Of a DNA stretch of 64,000 nucleotides, positions 41,494-54,860 are shown piece by piece. Made by a program: the position numbers and the translations under genes. The first letter of the stretch is position 1. Each line of letters starts with the position of its first letter. The DNA comes from Octopus vulgaris (Eukaryota), in assembly GCA_951406725.2 (NCBI GenBank), contig OX597816.1, positions 18,414,001 to 18,478,000 of the forward strand, written 5' to 3'. The notes below the pieces were generated by a model. The model was not told the origin of the DNA. It saw nothing but the letters and a program-made list of their open reading frames with translations, and did not search any database.

Positions 41494-41708
41494 GTATAAA
41501 TATTTAAATAAATAGGGTTAAGCAACTGGTTGCTTAACCCTACTTATATATATATATAGATAAATAACTTTTTGTAAAAGTTCCTACCGATAAGGTTCAT
41601 ATTTCCATACCGAAAGTAGTTTCAGTATGGAAATATAAGGATAAATTAATAATTATTTACCCTTATATTATATGTATAAATATATATACTTACAAATATA
41701 TACATACA

Positions 41709-41766
<58 letters not shown>

Positions 41767-42569
41767 TGTATGTTTCTTTGTTTATATATTTTCCCCCACC
41801 ACCAACATCGCACCCGGTGTTGGAATGTTATGCCTTTGCCATTTCGCGGTTCTACATCAAGTGCAATGGAATAAGTACCAGGTTTGAATATATTTACTGG
41901 GTTCGACTAAAATTCATCAAGAACTTGTTCCAGTATGACCGGAGTGTAATGACGAAAATAATTAAAATGATTAACATATAACAATTAGAAGGTATAATAC
42001 ATAAAAAAAAACACAAACACACCTAACGTAATGAGGCCTTCAATATCATATTGCGCAACATACTAAAAAAGGCCTCGAAATTGAACCAAGTCCTTCTAAC
42101 ACTCCGCTATAAACAACAGAAAAAAAAGAAGAAAACCACTGGAATCTATGAAACAATTACTAACGAAGGCCAAACGTCAAAAGCAGATAATGGAACCAAA
42201 ATTGGAAAATGCAATATATCGACTATCGTTTAAATTTTCATCGCAAAAAACATCAAAGATTGAGTTCAAACAAGGACAAAAATTTGCAAAGAAAACTTTA
42301 ATATTACCAGTGCATCTGAAAATCAATTCTATGCAATAACATGCTGAGAGTGTGGATAGAATTATATTGAATGTGAACAAGCAAATACCTCTTCACAACA
42401 ACGTATGATTCTAAATGGATCGCAAATTGAAACACAAGTATACAGACAAATGAATTTTAGTGAACATTTAGACACATTTTAGTCAAGAAGGAAACAAACT
42501 TTGCAACTTTTCGTATCGGTGATTTTGGCGATAGTAAATCTCAGTTCCAACGTATCAACTAAGAAGTGC

Positions 42570-42890
42570 CCTCCTGTGTGGTACGTAGCTTGCTTACCAA
42601 CCACATGGTTCCGGTTTCAGTCCCACTGCTTGGCAACTTGGGCAAGTGTCTTCTACTATATATATGTGTATGTGTGTGTATGTTTGTGTGTCTGTGTTTG
42701 TCCCCCTAGCATTGCTTGACAGCCGATGCTGGTGTGTTTATGTCCTCGTCACTTAGCGGTTCGGCGAAAAGAGACCGATATAATAAGTACTGGGCTTACA
42801 AAGAATAAGTCCCGGGGTCGAGTTGCTCGATTAAAGGCGGTGCTCTAGCATGGCCGCAGTCAAATGACTGAAACAAGTAAAAGAGTAAAA
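42570..42890 (+). mobile_element. SINE family B with internal deletion
   Basis: Head CTGTGTGGTACGTAGCTTGC, TTGGGCAAGTGTC and the complete tail. Confidence 0.88.
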
Positions 42891-43681
42891 GATATATATC
42901 GTTGTACTGACCAGATTATCGACCGCTGGCCACAATGTGCTTCCTTGATGTGTCTCAGCAATTAAATGATCCCATCATGTTGCAAACATCCCCATTGAAT
43001 GGAACGCCTGTTTATTAAAGCGTTACCCATTTATAGACAAGTTGATCGGAACGTAAAAATCAAGTCTTTTTGCTCAAGAACACAAACCACTTCCTTTCTG
43101 TGAATCGATTCTACGAAGCTGCGATTGTGAATGACGTAGAAAGGGACCCAATAACTAGAAAGAGACCCAGACAATATAGTGTGTATATATGTATGTCTGT
43201 GTAATGTGTGTGTGCGTGTGTGTAATGTGTGTGTGTGTGTGTGGTGTGCATGCATTTGTGTCTGTGTAAGGAGCAAATACTATCATGGAAAACAGTGAGA
43301 CAATGTGTAGTTTTGAAGCTTCGCAGCGACCAGTTTCGTTCTTCTTGCTGAAGTAAAACGGGAAATCGATCGAGGTAAAACAAATTACATTAAACTCTCA
43401 AAATATTTTTCTGTAAGTTAAAATGTTTTTATTTATAGCAATGATGTGGTGCTCTAGTGCATTCCTTTCTGATTGCTACCAGTCTGAAGTGGCGACTAGT
43501 TAATGAAAGTCATAGCAGGTAGCTCAGGTGGTGGAGGAGAAGGAATGTAGCAGCAGGTAGGATTGCCAGTGGCTTCTAGTAGTCTTACATTTTGGTCACT
43601 GGTTCTCAAGCATTTTCTGCCTATGGACCCATTTCAGTCTTATTTTACTCGGATGGACCCCCAAAGCCATTTGATGTATTT

Positions 43682-43840
43682 AGGAGTAGCTGTGTGGTAA
43701 CAAGCTTTGCTTCCCAACCAAATGGTACTGGGTTCAGTCCCACTGGACCTTGGAGAAGCGTCTTCAACTCTAGCCTCCGACCGACCAAAACCTTGTGAGT
43801 GGATTTGGTAGATGGAGGTGAAAGAAGCCCGTTTTATACA

Positions 43841-43911
<71 letters not shown>

Positions 43912-44105
43912 GTATATGTTTATGTTTGTGTGCCTGTGTTTGTCTCCGCACCATCACTTGACAACACATGTTGGTGTGTTTACGTCTCCGTAACTTAGCG
44001 GTTGGACAAAAGACACCGATAGAGTAAGCACTGGTGCTCTGATGCTCTGCTGCTGCAGCATAGCCGCAGACAAAATGACTGATAAAAGCAAAACAATAAA
44101 AGGAT
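43682..44105 (+). mobile_element. SINE family B
   Basis: GGAGTAGCTGTGTGGTAACAAGC head through to the tail. Confidence 0.85.
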
Positions 44106-44434
44106 AAAAAGAATATTATTATCATTAAATATCATTAGGAGTTATATAAAAAAAAATATTTATATATTTTGTGTATTGTAAAAATATAAGCAATTCATTG
44201 TACATAAGTTTTAACAAAATAATCTGATATGGACGCTAAGGGCCATGTGCAATGCGGTTGAGAAACAGGGATCTGCCTAGTAGTGGTAGTTTTGGATTAT
44301 ACCGAGTGTCCATCTACGATGTATCAGTAGTAGTTGTGGTGGTCCCAATAAGGTTTTCATTATTGTTGGCGTTGATTTTTATCTTCTTTTCTCCACAAGT
44401 GGAATTGGTGGGCATTTCCTTACTCTTTTATCTT

Positions 44435-44634
44435 TTTCACTTTTACTTGTTTCAGTCATTTGACTGCGGCCATGCTGGAGCACCGCCTTTAGTCAAGAAA
44501 ATCGACCAGGGACTTATTCTTTGTAAGCCTAGTACTTATTCTATCGGACCCTTTTGCCGATCCGCTAGATTAAGGGGGCGTAAACACACAAGCATCGGTT
44601 GTCAAGTGATGTTGGGGTGACAAACACAGACACA

Positions 44635-44718
<84 letters not shown>

Positions 44719-44890
44719 CATATATACGACGGGCTTCTTTCAGTTTCCGTCTACCAAATCCACTCACAAGGCATTGGTCGGCCCGAGGCTATAGCAGAAG
44801 ACACTTGCCCAAGATGCCACGCAGTGGGACTGAACCCGGAACCATGTGGTTTGTAAGCAAGCTACTTACCACACAGCCACTCCTGTGCCT
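44435..44890 (-). mobile_element. SINE family B, full length
   Basis: Highly similar to 31515-31912. Confidence 0.92.
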
Positions 44891-44929
44891 ATATATGCTT
44901 ATGTTTAAAACAGTTCAAGTATACATTCT

Positions 44930-45098
44930 TTCATTCTTTTATTTGTTTCAGCCATTTGACTACGGTCATGCTGGAGCACCGCCTTTAATCAAGCAAATCA
45001 ATCCCAGGACTTATTCTTTGTAATACTAGTACTTATTATATAGGGATCTTTTGCCGAACTGCTAAGTTACCGGGACGTAAAAACACCAGCAGCGGCAG

Positions 45099-45132
<34 letters not shown>

Positions 45133-45685
45133 CTATCCGAGGGTCTTCTTTCAGTTTCCTTCTAACAAATCCACCTACAAGGCATCGGTCGGCCCGATGT
45201 ATAAGAGAAGACACTTGCCCAACTTGCCACACAATGGAACTGAACCTCGTTAATCGTGGCACTCCGTTGGTTACGACAACGATGGTTCCAGTTGATCCGA
45301 TCAATGGAAGAGCCTTCTCCTGAAATTAACATGGAAGTGGCTGAGTACTCCACAGACACGTGTGCCCTTAACGTAGTTCTCGGGGGAGATTCGGCATGAC
45401 AAACAGTGTGACAAGGCTGGACCTTTGAAATACAGGTACAACAGAAGCAGGAATAACGAGTGAGAGAAAAATGTGGTGAAAGTGTACAGTAGGGTTCGCC
45501 ACCAACCCCTGCCGGAAACTCGTGGAGCTTTAGGTGTTTTTTGCTCAATAAACACTCACAACGCCCGGTCTGGGGATCGAAACCGCGACCTTACGACCGC
45601 AAGTCCGCTAAGCTAACCACTAGACTATTGCGTCTCCACTGTTGTTAGTAAGCAAGCTAGTCACGACACAGTCACTCCTGCGCCT
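44930..45685 (-). mobile_element. SINE family B interrupted by SINE family C
   Basis: Family B sequence breaks near 45255 and resumes near 45641. Confidence 0.85.
45258..45640 (-). mobile_element. SINE family C (tail type 2), nested
   Basis: Head GTGGAGACGCAATAGTCTAGTGGTTAG; tail ending ...GTCGTAACCAACGGAGTGCC. Confidence 0.88.
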
Positions 45686-46488
45686 ATATATAAACACAAA
45701 TGTATGCATATCTTTGTATGTATACACGGTTCATTATAGCTTCATTATCACTTTGAATTAATTCGTTCACATAAACCTCAACGGAAGCTTTACTGCTAAG
45801 ATGATACTGATTGTAATAATGAATCCTTGCCTTCTACACACATATCAATGGTAACCAAAATTATCTTTGGGAAATCTCGAAAGAAAAACAAAATCATTAC
45901 TCGTTCTTTAGAATCCAGTAAAAGCCTTCTCCGAATAGTATTCCACGAATTAAGATTGTCTTCGTATTAAGTAACATTTACACCATTAAATAACATTTAT
46001 CATTTATTTTCAGAATATCATTCACAATAGCTGATGGTGTTCGACTCATGATTCTGAATGACAACTTTGACGAAGACTTCGCAGACATAGAAAATTGCCA
46101 TTAGAATACTTATAAGTCTTCAGTTATGTTAGCGTCCTTACATTTGTTGATAGCACATAGATCAGAAAAGTTATTCGTGTTGAATACAAAAGTGGTGTTC
46201 AAGTTGTGATACAAGTTAAAGAAATTCATTTAAAACCGCTAATATACATTACAGTATCTCCAAATACTTTCAAGGTATTGTATCACCAAAACACAACCAT
46301 TATATTATATTTACACGGCTGTGCGATAAGACGTTTGCTTCCCAAACATACACAGTTCATTCCGACTCCGTGGTACCTTTTGATAAAGTTTTCTGTTATA
46401 GCCTCGGGCCACCAAAGGCTTGTGAGTGGATTTGGACGATGGAAAACGAATGAATCCCGTCGTATTTGAATATAAATATATACATATA

Positions 46489-46687
46489 TAGGGAGAGTTT
46501 ACGAAAAAAAACAAAAGACAAAGACAGGTGGTGTACAAAACAAACAGGTGTATTAATATGATGTTCAGGAATAGAAAAAGTCTTTTACATTTCGAGCCTA
46601 CGCTCTTCTACAGAAAGGGACACAGAAAAAACGAGAGGAACAAGAAGAGAAAAAATGTGTGTAGTGGCTAACGATCTACCATGGCGA
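46489..46687 (-). mobile_element. Second copy of the ~190-bp hammerhead-variant element, inside a SINE B
   Basis: Sense cttt-CTGTAGA-agagc(gtag)gctc-GAAA-tgta-aaag at 46582-46617; SINE B head at about 46315-46465 and tail at about 46720-46930. Confidence 0.7.
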
Positions 46688-46949
46688 CTCATGATATACA
46701 TATGGTATACATGTATATCCATATACATGTGTGTCTTTGTATCTCTGTGACCACCCCACCATCATTGCTTGACAACCGGTGTCGGTGCATTTTCTTCATC
46801 ATAACTAATCGGTCTGGCAAGAAACCTATTAAATAAGTACCAGTCCTAGAAATGAAGTTCTGGGACCGATACATTCGACTAAAAAATCGTCAAATCAGCG
46901 TCAAACATTGTCTGCAGGTTAATGAGAGAAAAAACGGAAAGGCATCCAC

Positions 46950-47031
<82 letters not shown>

Positions 47032-47051
47032 AGCAGTTATCTACCTAGCAG

Positions 47052-47084
<33 letters not shown>

Positions 47085-47385
47085 GAGAAGTTATATATTA
47101 TATTAAGGGGAAAAAGCAAAACCAAGGCAAAATGAATACCTCAAGTCATTTAGAAAAAATTAATTAGGTAAGGGGAATTTGAATTTTTACAACAATTTCT
47201 AGGATAATCCAAGTGATAGTTTAGCATGTCCACGCACAGAAGATTTGGATTTTGGTCGGTATTTCTATGAAGGTACAGATTCTTAGTTAAAATCCCAGGT
47301 AAATTCAGGCGGTATTTCAGCAGTATTTTGAATGAGGTATTCATACTGAAGCGATAGATCGTATGTAAATGTGTATATAGAGCGA

Positions 47386-47743
47386 GAAAGTGAGATAGAC
47401 ATAAATGGGATTTGTGGGTGGGTGTATTTTGGAGAGAGAGAGGAGAAAGGGAGAAAGAGAGAAAGAGGACGAAGAGAAAGATATAAAAATTAGGTCGGGG
47501 TAAAACGGTAAGGATAAAAATAATAATAAAAATAGAATGAAACTAAAGGTAATTAGGGAGATATGTCAACATGGCATCGGGGTGAAAGGTCAAACGTTTC
47601 ACTACTCATTTATCCTTCTGTTATAAACTTCCTTATAAACTGATCCCCGATCTAATTTTTATATCTGTCTCCTCATCCTCTCTTTCTCCTCTCTCTCCAA
47701 TATACACTCACCCACAAAACCCATTTATGCCTATCTTACTTTC
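47386..47743. mobile_element. MITE-like inverted-repeat element
   Basis: Arms about 47386-47500 and 47646-47743 (ATAAATGGGATTTGTGGGTG / CACCCACAAAACCCATTTAT). Confidence 0.7.
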
Positions 47744-47811
47744 CAGACAAAGGACAAAAATACGAACATCGTGAAGAACAGCATGGCCAGCGCCATCTTA
47801 GTCGTCGTCAT

Positions 47812-47897
<86 letters not shown>

Positions 47898-48409
47898 ACT
47901 ACTGCTTTCACTACCACCACCACTACTGCTGCTATCTCTACCAGAAAGGAGTAATCTCTGATTCTCCTTTCTTTCACCATTTTTGTCTAACGACACCTCT
48001 ACGAACAACAGAGTCTCACTTAATTAAATTAGAACAAAAACCATCATGCCACGCCAACCAACAATGTTTCCACTTCAATGAGAATACTACACAAATAAAT
48101 CAACTTAGAAATTGCTCTCAAGACACAGTTATTTCATAATCTACCCACACGTAGAAAACGAATCCCCAAATCTGCCACTTGTCCCTACGTGATACTTTCG
48201 CAAGGGCAAGCCCCGCGAAACACAGTACCGGTTCCAGCGCATATTCTTCGCAATTCTCAGGAGCAAGGCCTTTTTTTTGTGTGTGTGCTGAGACCACGAG
48301 GTGGTCTGAATTACAGGAAATCGTACGTTCCACTCCTTAATGTAAAGTTATTCTATTCATGACTATCCTTTAAAAGTTATTAAAAATGTTAAGCTCTCTC
48401 TTCTCTTTT

Positions 48410-48795
48410 ACTCTCTTTTACTTGTTACAGTCATTTGACTGCGGCCATGCTGGAGCACCGCCTTCTAGTCGAGTAAATCGACCCCAAGTACTTATTATAT
48501 CAGTCTCTTTTGCTGAACCGCTAAGTTACGGGGACGTAAACACACCAGCATCGGTTGTCAAGCAATGGTGGGGGGACAAACACAGACACACAAACATATA
48601 CACACATACATATACACACATACATATATATACATATATACGGCGGGCTACTTCCAGTTTCCGTCTACCAAATTCACTCACAAGGCTTTGGTCGGTCCGA
48701 GGCTATAGTAGAAGACACTTGCCCAAGGTGCCACGCAGTGGGACTGAACCTGGGACCATGTGGTTGGTAGGCAAGCTACTTACCACACAGCCGCT
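48410..48795 (-). mobile_element. SINE family B
   Basis: Similar to 44435-44890. Confidence 0.9.
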
Positions 48796-49474
48796 TGCTT
48801 TTTTCTCACAAATCAGAAGAACCAAATGAATCCTGTGAGAATGAAAGCTGCCTTATGTTGCAATTTAATATCAACAGCACAGACTCCAGGCTACATCAAT
48901 TCTTCAAGAAAAGAACTCCATTTTGGCAATACTAAATCTGTAAATATTAAGAGAAGTATTCTCGCTATAATATGCTATCAATCTTTACTCTTCCTCCAGT
49001 GAACAAATTTCAGTTTAGTGCTCCTTTAAACAACAAGGAGTGCAATTTCAGGGATTTAAAACAATACAAGAGATCTTAGTATCCATTGTCATGCTAAAGA
49101 TTTTATCCAATAATGGAAGATTCCATAACTGGAGTGTTGGATTGCCGAACCGTCACAACAAATCACTTTATTCATTGTGAACCCGACCCAACCGAAATTA
49201 GACCCTTACCCGAAAGTTGAAATCAACAAGGAACTGCATTATCATCATGGTTAGCCACAGCACTAGAATATCTGAGATTAGGTCAGTACACATTAGAAAA
49301 ACATAGACATACGAAATTTAATTTCGGACGTCTACCTCGACTGATCAGAGGCTATGACATTAAAATATATATAATTGAGATATAATTAATTTAACAATAA
49401 TCTTTCGACTTGAACTCCTGACTAATAAAAACAAAGAATTCTCCTGCTCATGAAGAGAGAGAGAAAGAGAGAGA

Positions 49475-49538
<64 letters not shown>

Positions 49539-50264
49539 AATAAAGGAAGGAAAAGTCTGATTGAACTTGACATAGGTTTTTTTTGTCATTGTGTTGTTAT
49601 TAGTACTTTGCAATGCCATAATAAATGATTTAATAATTAGTGCGGCTTCTATGTGTTGCTATTGGTTCATTAGTAGCAGAGCGATATAACATCGAGGATA
49701 TATCTGTTGGCCGAGAAAAATTGTTGAAAATTGACCAGCGTGCACACTTATATGACATTCAATACTTTAAATAATATATATGTGCGTGTGTATGTATATT
49801 GTATTTATAATTATACGTGTGTGAGGGCGTATCTGTGTGTGTGCATATATGTATGTCTGTATGTGTGTGACTGTGTAGTGACCTAAAATTTGATACTGCT
49901 CAACCATTGATTTTTTTTTTATTATTTTCTAATTAGACACACTTTTTTCGAGTTTCATAAATGAGTTTCTTTTCACAAACTTATAACTCTAATTTGATAA
50001 AACGCACTAATGAACGCAATGAAACAATGGCATGGACGAATTTGCACGGCGGAATTTTCGGTCTCAGCAATCAAACAGTAACTAACGTAACTGAGATGAA
50101 GATTTAAAGAAGGGCACTGCAGAGTAAGGAAGAGATCTGGTAGTGTGCACAAAGTTTTTGGCAGGGCAAAGAGGGTTGTCATACGGGAAGTTGTTAAACA
50201 TTCATATTAAACAGTTTGATAGGCTAGACATTATATGGATATGGAACTTTATAGTATAAGAACA

Positions 50265-50495
50265 GGCGGCGAGCTGGCAGAAACGTTAGCACGCCGGGCG
50301 AAATGCTTAGCCGTATTTCGTCTGCGTTACGTTGTGAGTTCAAATTCCGCCGAAGTCGACTTTGCCTTTCATCCTTTCGGGTCGATAAATTAAGTACCAG
50401 TTACACACTGGGGTCGATGTAATCGACTAAATACCTATGTCTGTCCTTGTTTGTCCCCTCTGTGTTTAGCCCCTTGTGGGTAATAAAGATATAAG
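50265..50495 (+). mobile_element. SINE family A monomer with TSD
   Basis: Full head GGCGGCGAGCTGGCAGAAACGTTAGC; TSD ATAAGAACAG. Confidence 0.92.
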
Positions 50496-51119
50496 CATAA
50501 GAACAGTTTTAAAAGATCTTGGATATGAACAAAGAAACCAATAAATTGAAATTAAGTTAAGACCAGAATTTGGACTGAATTTGAAAATTCTACAAGGAAA
50601 ATAAGTTTTGTTTTACAATAATATATTCTAACTAGGACGATAATATATTCTAACTATAGAGCTGGCAGAATCGTCAGCATGCCGGATGAAATTCATACGT
50701 TTATCAATTCATCGGTTTATTTTACTTCCAGCCCAGTAATCTTACTGAAAGCTACTGTCAAGTTGTACCTGTTCGTATTCTATCGAATTAAGACCCAGGT
50801 TTGGCGCAACGCCTTTCAGAAATTGGATTTTAATGCTTTAACACCTTGCATGGATAATATGTTTCTGTATATTATTAAAAAGGCGTTATCTAATCGATTT
50901 TTATTCTGGAATGGATAGGAGAAGGCAATTCCCGTGTATTTGAAGGTATTCTGTGGCATTTAAAGGATTTTCAAAATGATTATCCGAATGCCATTTCCAT
51001 CTTGTTTAACCTTTCCTTGCAAGCTTTCCCGCTCACTTCTACAAATTTAGCTGGGTCGCAAATATATTCGCCTTACAATGACAAGGTAAATATAATCGTT
51101 TTCGTTAGAATATATTATT

Positions 51120-51718
51120 TATTTCTTTATTGTCCCACAAGAGGCTAAACATAGAGGAGGCAAACAAGGACAGGTAAAGGGATTAAGACGATTATATAGA
51201 CACCAGTGCGTGACTTGTACTTATTTAATCGACCCCGAAACGATGAAAAGCAAAGTCGACTTCAGCGGAATTTGAACTCAGAACGTAACGGCAAACGAAA
51301 TACCTATTTCTTTACTACCCAAAAGGGGTTAAACACAGAGGGGACAAAGAAGGAGAGGCAAACGGATTAAGTCGATTATATCGACATCAGTACGTAACTG
51401 GTACTTATTTAATCGACCCCGAAAGGATGAAAGGCAAAGTCGTCCTCGGCGGAATTTGAACTCACAACGTAACTTCGGACGAAATACCTATTTCTTTATT
51501 ACCCACAAGGGGCTAAACACAGAGGGGACAAACAAGGACAGACATAGGTATTAAATCGATTACATCGACCCCAGTACGTAACTGGAACTTATTTAATCGA
51601 CCCCGAAAGGATGAAAGGCAAAGTCGTCCTCGGCGGAATTTGAACTCAGAACGTAACTTCGGACGAAATACCGCTAAGCATTTCGCCCGGCGTCCTAACG
51701 ATTTTGCCAGATCGCCGC
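51120..51718 (-). mobile_element. SINE family A trimer with one TSD
   Basis: Three bodies and one head; TSD GTTAGAATATATTATT at about 51104 and 51723. Confidence 0.93.
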
Positions 51719-52099
51719 TCTAGTTAGAATATATTATTGTTCTAGTTACATTTTATTGACGTCTTCACTGGGACATTCAACCAGTACTCCTTTTTTTTTA
51801 TTATGAGTGACTATGGCGGCTAACATATATATGTATGCATGCATACATGCATGGATGTATGTGTGCATTTATGTATGTATGCATGTATGTATGTCTGTAC
51901 GTCATTATTCAGTTCTATTTCAAGATTACTTGTTAATAGAGAAAGAGCCGTTTTCTAACCAAGATCCAAGGCGCCTTCATTGGAATTTCAACATCAACAA
52001 CAGCGTACTTTTGTTTGCATGTATGTATGTATTTTTTTACTTATATGTGCAGATTTGGATGTTCTGTTTTGTGTATGTGTTCTCCCCCATAGAGTTGCA

Positions 52100-52232
52100 T
52101 ATCTAGGTATCCTCGTATGGTAAACTTGTGGAAAGTTTTACAGGCTTTTACAGTTTCAGTGATGGATAAGATCTTTTGACTACGAATTAGCTTTCTCTTT
52201 CTCGGCTTTGAGAAGCCTAATTTCTCAAGATT
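52100..52232 (-). mobile_element. Possible C-terminal remnant of another RLE non-LTR element
   Basis: NLEKLGFSKPRKRKLIRSQKILSITETVKACKTFHKF loosely resembles RLE-element C-termini. Confidence 0.35.
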
Positions 52233-53063
52233 GGTATTCAATCTATGAGCCTGTTTTGCCGAACTAATAAGTGAAGGTGGCATAAATACAGCAACACCGG
52301 TTGTCAAGAAATATTATGGAGAAACCGATACACACACAGATACGCAGACACTCACATATAGTAAGGGCTCCTTGCAGTTTTCTTCAATCAGATCCACTGT
52401 CAAGGATTCAGACGACCCGGAGCTATAGTAGAAGACACTCGTCCAAGTTGTCACGCAATGGAACTAAATCTAGAACCACACCGCGACTGTTGAACCTATG
52501 TTTTTTATAAAATTCACATCAGTTTTTAAAATTCAAAATTGTTAAGAGTAATTTACTATGTGGCAATAAGAACACATAAATATCATTTACTCGTTTATTT
52601 ATGCAACCCCCCCAAAAAAAAAAAACAAAAAAAAAAACAACATATTAGATATCTAGCGCCCAGTAACAGACAACCACATCAGTTATTGCCGCAGAAAAGA
52701 ACTTAACATATTTCTAATAATATCACCGGATGTAAACAAAACCATGATTGAATAATTGCTGTTAATAAATGTTAAGTTAAAACGCAAACACACAGACACA
52801 CAGACACGCAAACACACATACACACATGCAGGCAGGCACACAGACTTGCAGGCACACACATACGCAGGCACACACAGACAAACATAAAATACATACACAC
52901 ACAGACACGCAAACACACATATATATATATACAAAACACACGCACAAACGTAGGTAACCACACACTCACACACACATGCAGGCACACACACACGAACACA
53001 CGAACACACACGTAGGCACGCACACAGACACACATACAAATACATACATAGACACACACACAC

Positions 53064-53143
<80 letters not shown>

Positions 53144-53620
53144 AAACACACGCAGAAACGCAGGTAAACACACACACACACACACATGCAGGCACACACA
53201 CACACACATACACACACACACAGACGTAGGCACATACACACACACACACACACACAAACACATACACACAGAACACACAAACACACATATAATGGATGCT
53301 ATTCAGCAATTTTCAAATAAAACAAGAGTTAAAATCTAATGTTTCGAAAATAGATAGAAACTAGCTAAATATTTCCTGTAAAATCGCAATTAGAATTGAT
53401 TTTTTTCTGAAAATTACTTTCGCAAATAATCGCATTCTAAATGGTTCCAGTTTTGAATATAGTATTCAAATCATTTCTTGTAATTCCAAATATAAGTTGA
53501 TAACATACTTAAAGCAATGTCTTTTTACGAAGGAAATGAGTTTAATTCATAATACTCTCATGGACACTTACGAAGTCGTATCTACCTTTATTGGCTTCAT
53601 GCAATATGTATGTATGTATA

Positions 53621-53688
<68 letters not shown>

Positions 53689-53812
53689 CACACATATACA
53701 AACACATATATATAGTATATCTTCAACGTTGAGCAGTGATGAGAAATAGACGAACATTAGGTAAGTTAAATATCAGCGTATTCCTTCTGAGATATGCATA
53801 CATACCTACGTA

Positions 53813-53867
<55 letters not shown>

Positions 53868-53925
53868 GTATGTATGTATGTATGTATGTATGCATGTATG
53901 TATGTATGCATGTATGTATATATAT

Positions 53926-54162
53926 AAGGTTGGCTAAAAGTCACCTGAGAGTAAATCAAAACCATTTAATTCCAAGATTTATTTATGTCTAACAACTGAA
54001 TGAATTTAATAAAACCATCTGAATATGAAACATCATGAACTGTCCAAACTGAAGTCCTTGAGCGTCACCATCTTTGAAATTGAGTCAATACAGAATTAGA
54101 ATTACAAAGAGTATTTACGGAATTTTGATTTACTGTGAATTCGGGTGACTTCTGGCCAACTG
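53926..54162. mobile_element. Tc1-type MITE
   Basis: TIRs GTTGGCTAAAAGTCACC..AGTAAATCAAAA and TTTTGATTTACT..GGTGACTTCTGGCCAAC. Confidence 0.7.
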
Positions 54163-54176
54163 TCACTCTCGCTCTC

Positions 54177-54249
<73 letters not shown>

Positions 54250-54251
<2 letters not shown>

Positions 54252-54537
54252 AATTAAGGACTGAACACGAAAAAGTGGACAGTCAACATGCTAGATATAG
54301 ACGTCAAATCGCCATTCTCCACATGTTCTCAGATCAAACCCATGCAATAATGTTCGTTTTGATCTGAGAACATAATCTTTTGTGGAGAATGGCGATTTGA
54401 CGTCTATATCTAGCATGTTGACTGTCCACTTTTTCGTGTTCAGTCCTTAATTGGTATATATAAATATTTAATCTTCGGATTTTTTTAATATGTTAGACCA
54501 CTGGTTTTAATTGATAAATATTGATTTCTACCCTTAA

Positions 54538-54543
<6 letters not shown>
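54250..54543. mobile_element. (TA)n-flanked asymmetric inverted-repeat element
   Basis: Perfect ~70-bp arms 54250-54322 and 54381-54454, inner arms ATGTTCTCAGATCAAA, and a right extension ending TTCTACCCTTAATTAATT(AT)n. Confidence 0.85.
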
Positions 54544-54618
<75 letters not shown>

Positions 54619-54658
54619 CATATAAGACGATTATATATATATATATATATATATATAT

Positions 54659-54860
54659 AGGTACTCCAAACATGAACAAAAGGAAAACACAACAACGCGA
54701 GGACGTGGAACAAATATAGTGTTATTGGACGCTCAGGAAAGGAAAGAATGAAGAAGGATTTAACGTTTCGAGCAGAGCTCTTCGTCAGAACATAGAAAAA
54801 TGAAAGATCTAAGGAGGAGAAAATGGAGAAAGAAAATCGCCAACGATACACACGCGGTCA
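54659..54860 (-). mobile_element. ~200-bp pLTR-like element with ultra-minimal hammerhead
   Basis: Sense tt-CTGACGA-agagc(tct)gctc-GAAA-cgtt-aa at about 54758-54792; the sense 3' end joins (TA)n. Confidence 0.72.

Noticed and set aside
50930-51060. Minus-strand VSGKACKERLNKMEMAF as a Myb/SANT-like transposon remnant
   Set aside because: Too short and interrupted by stops to support.
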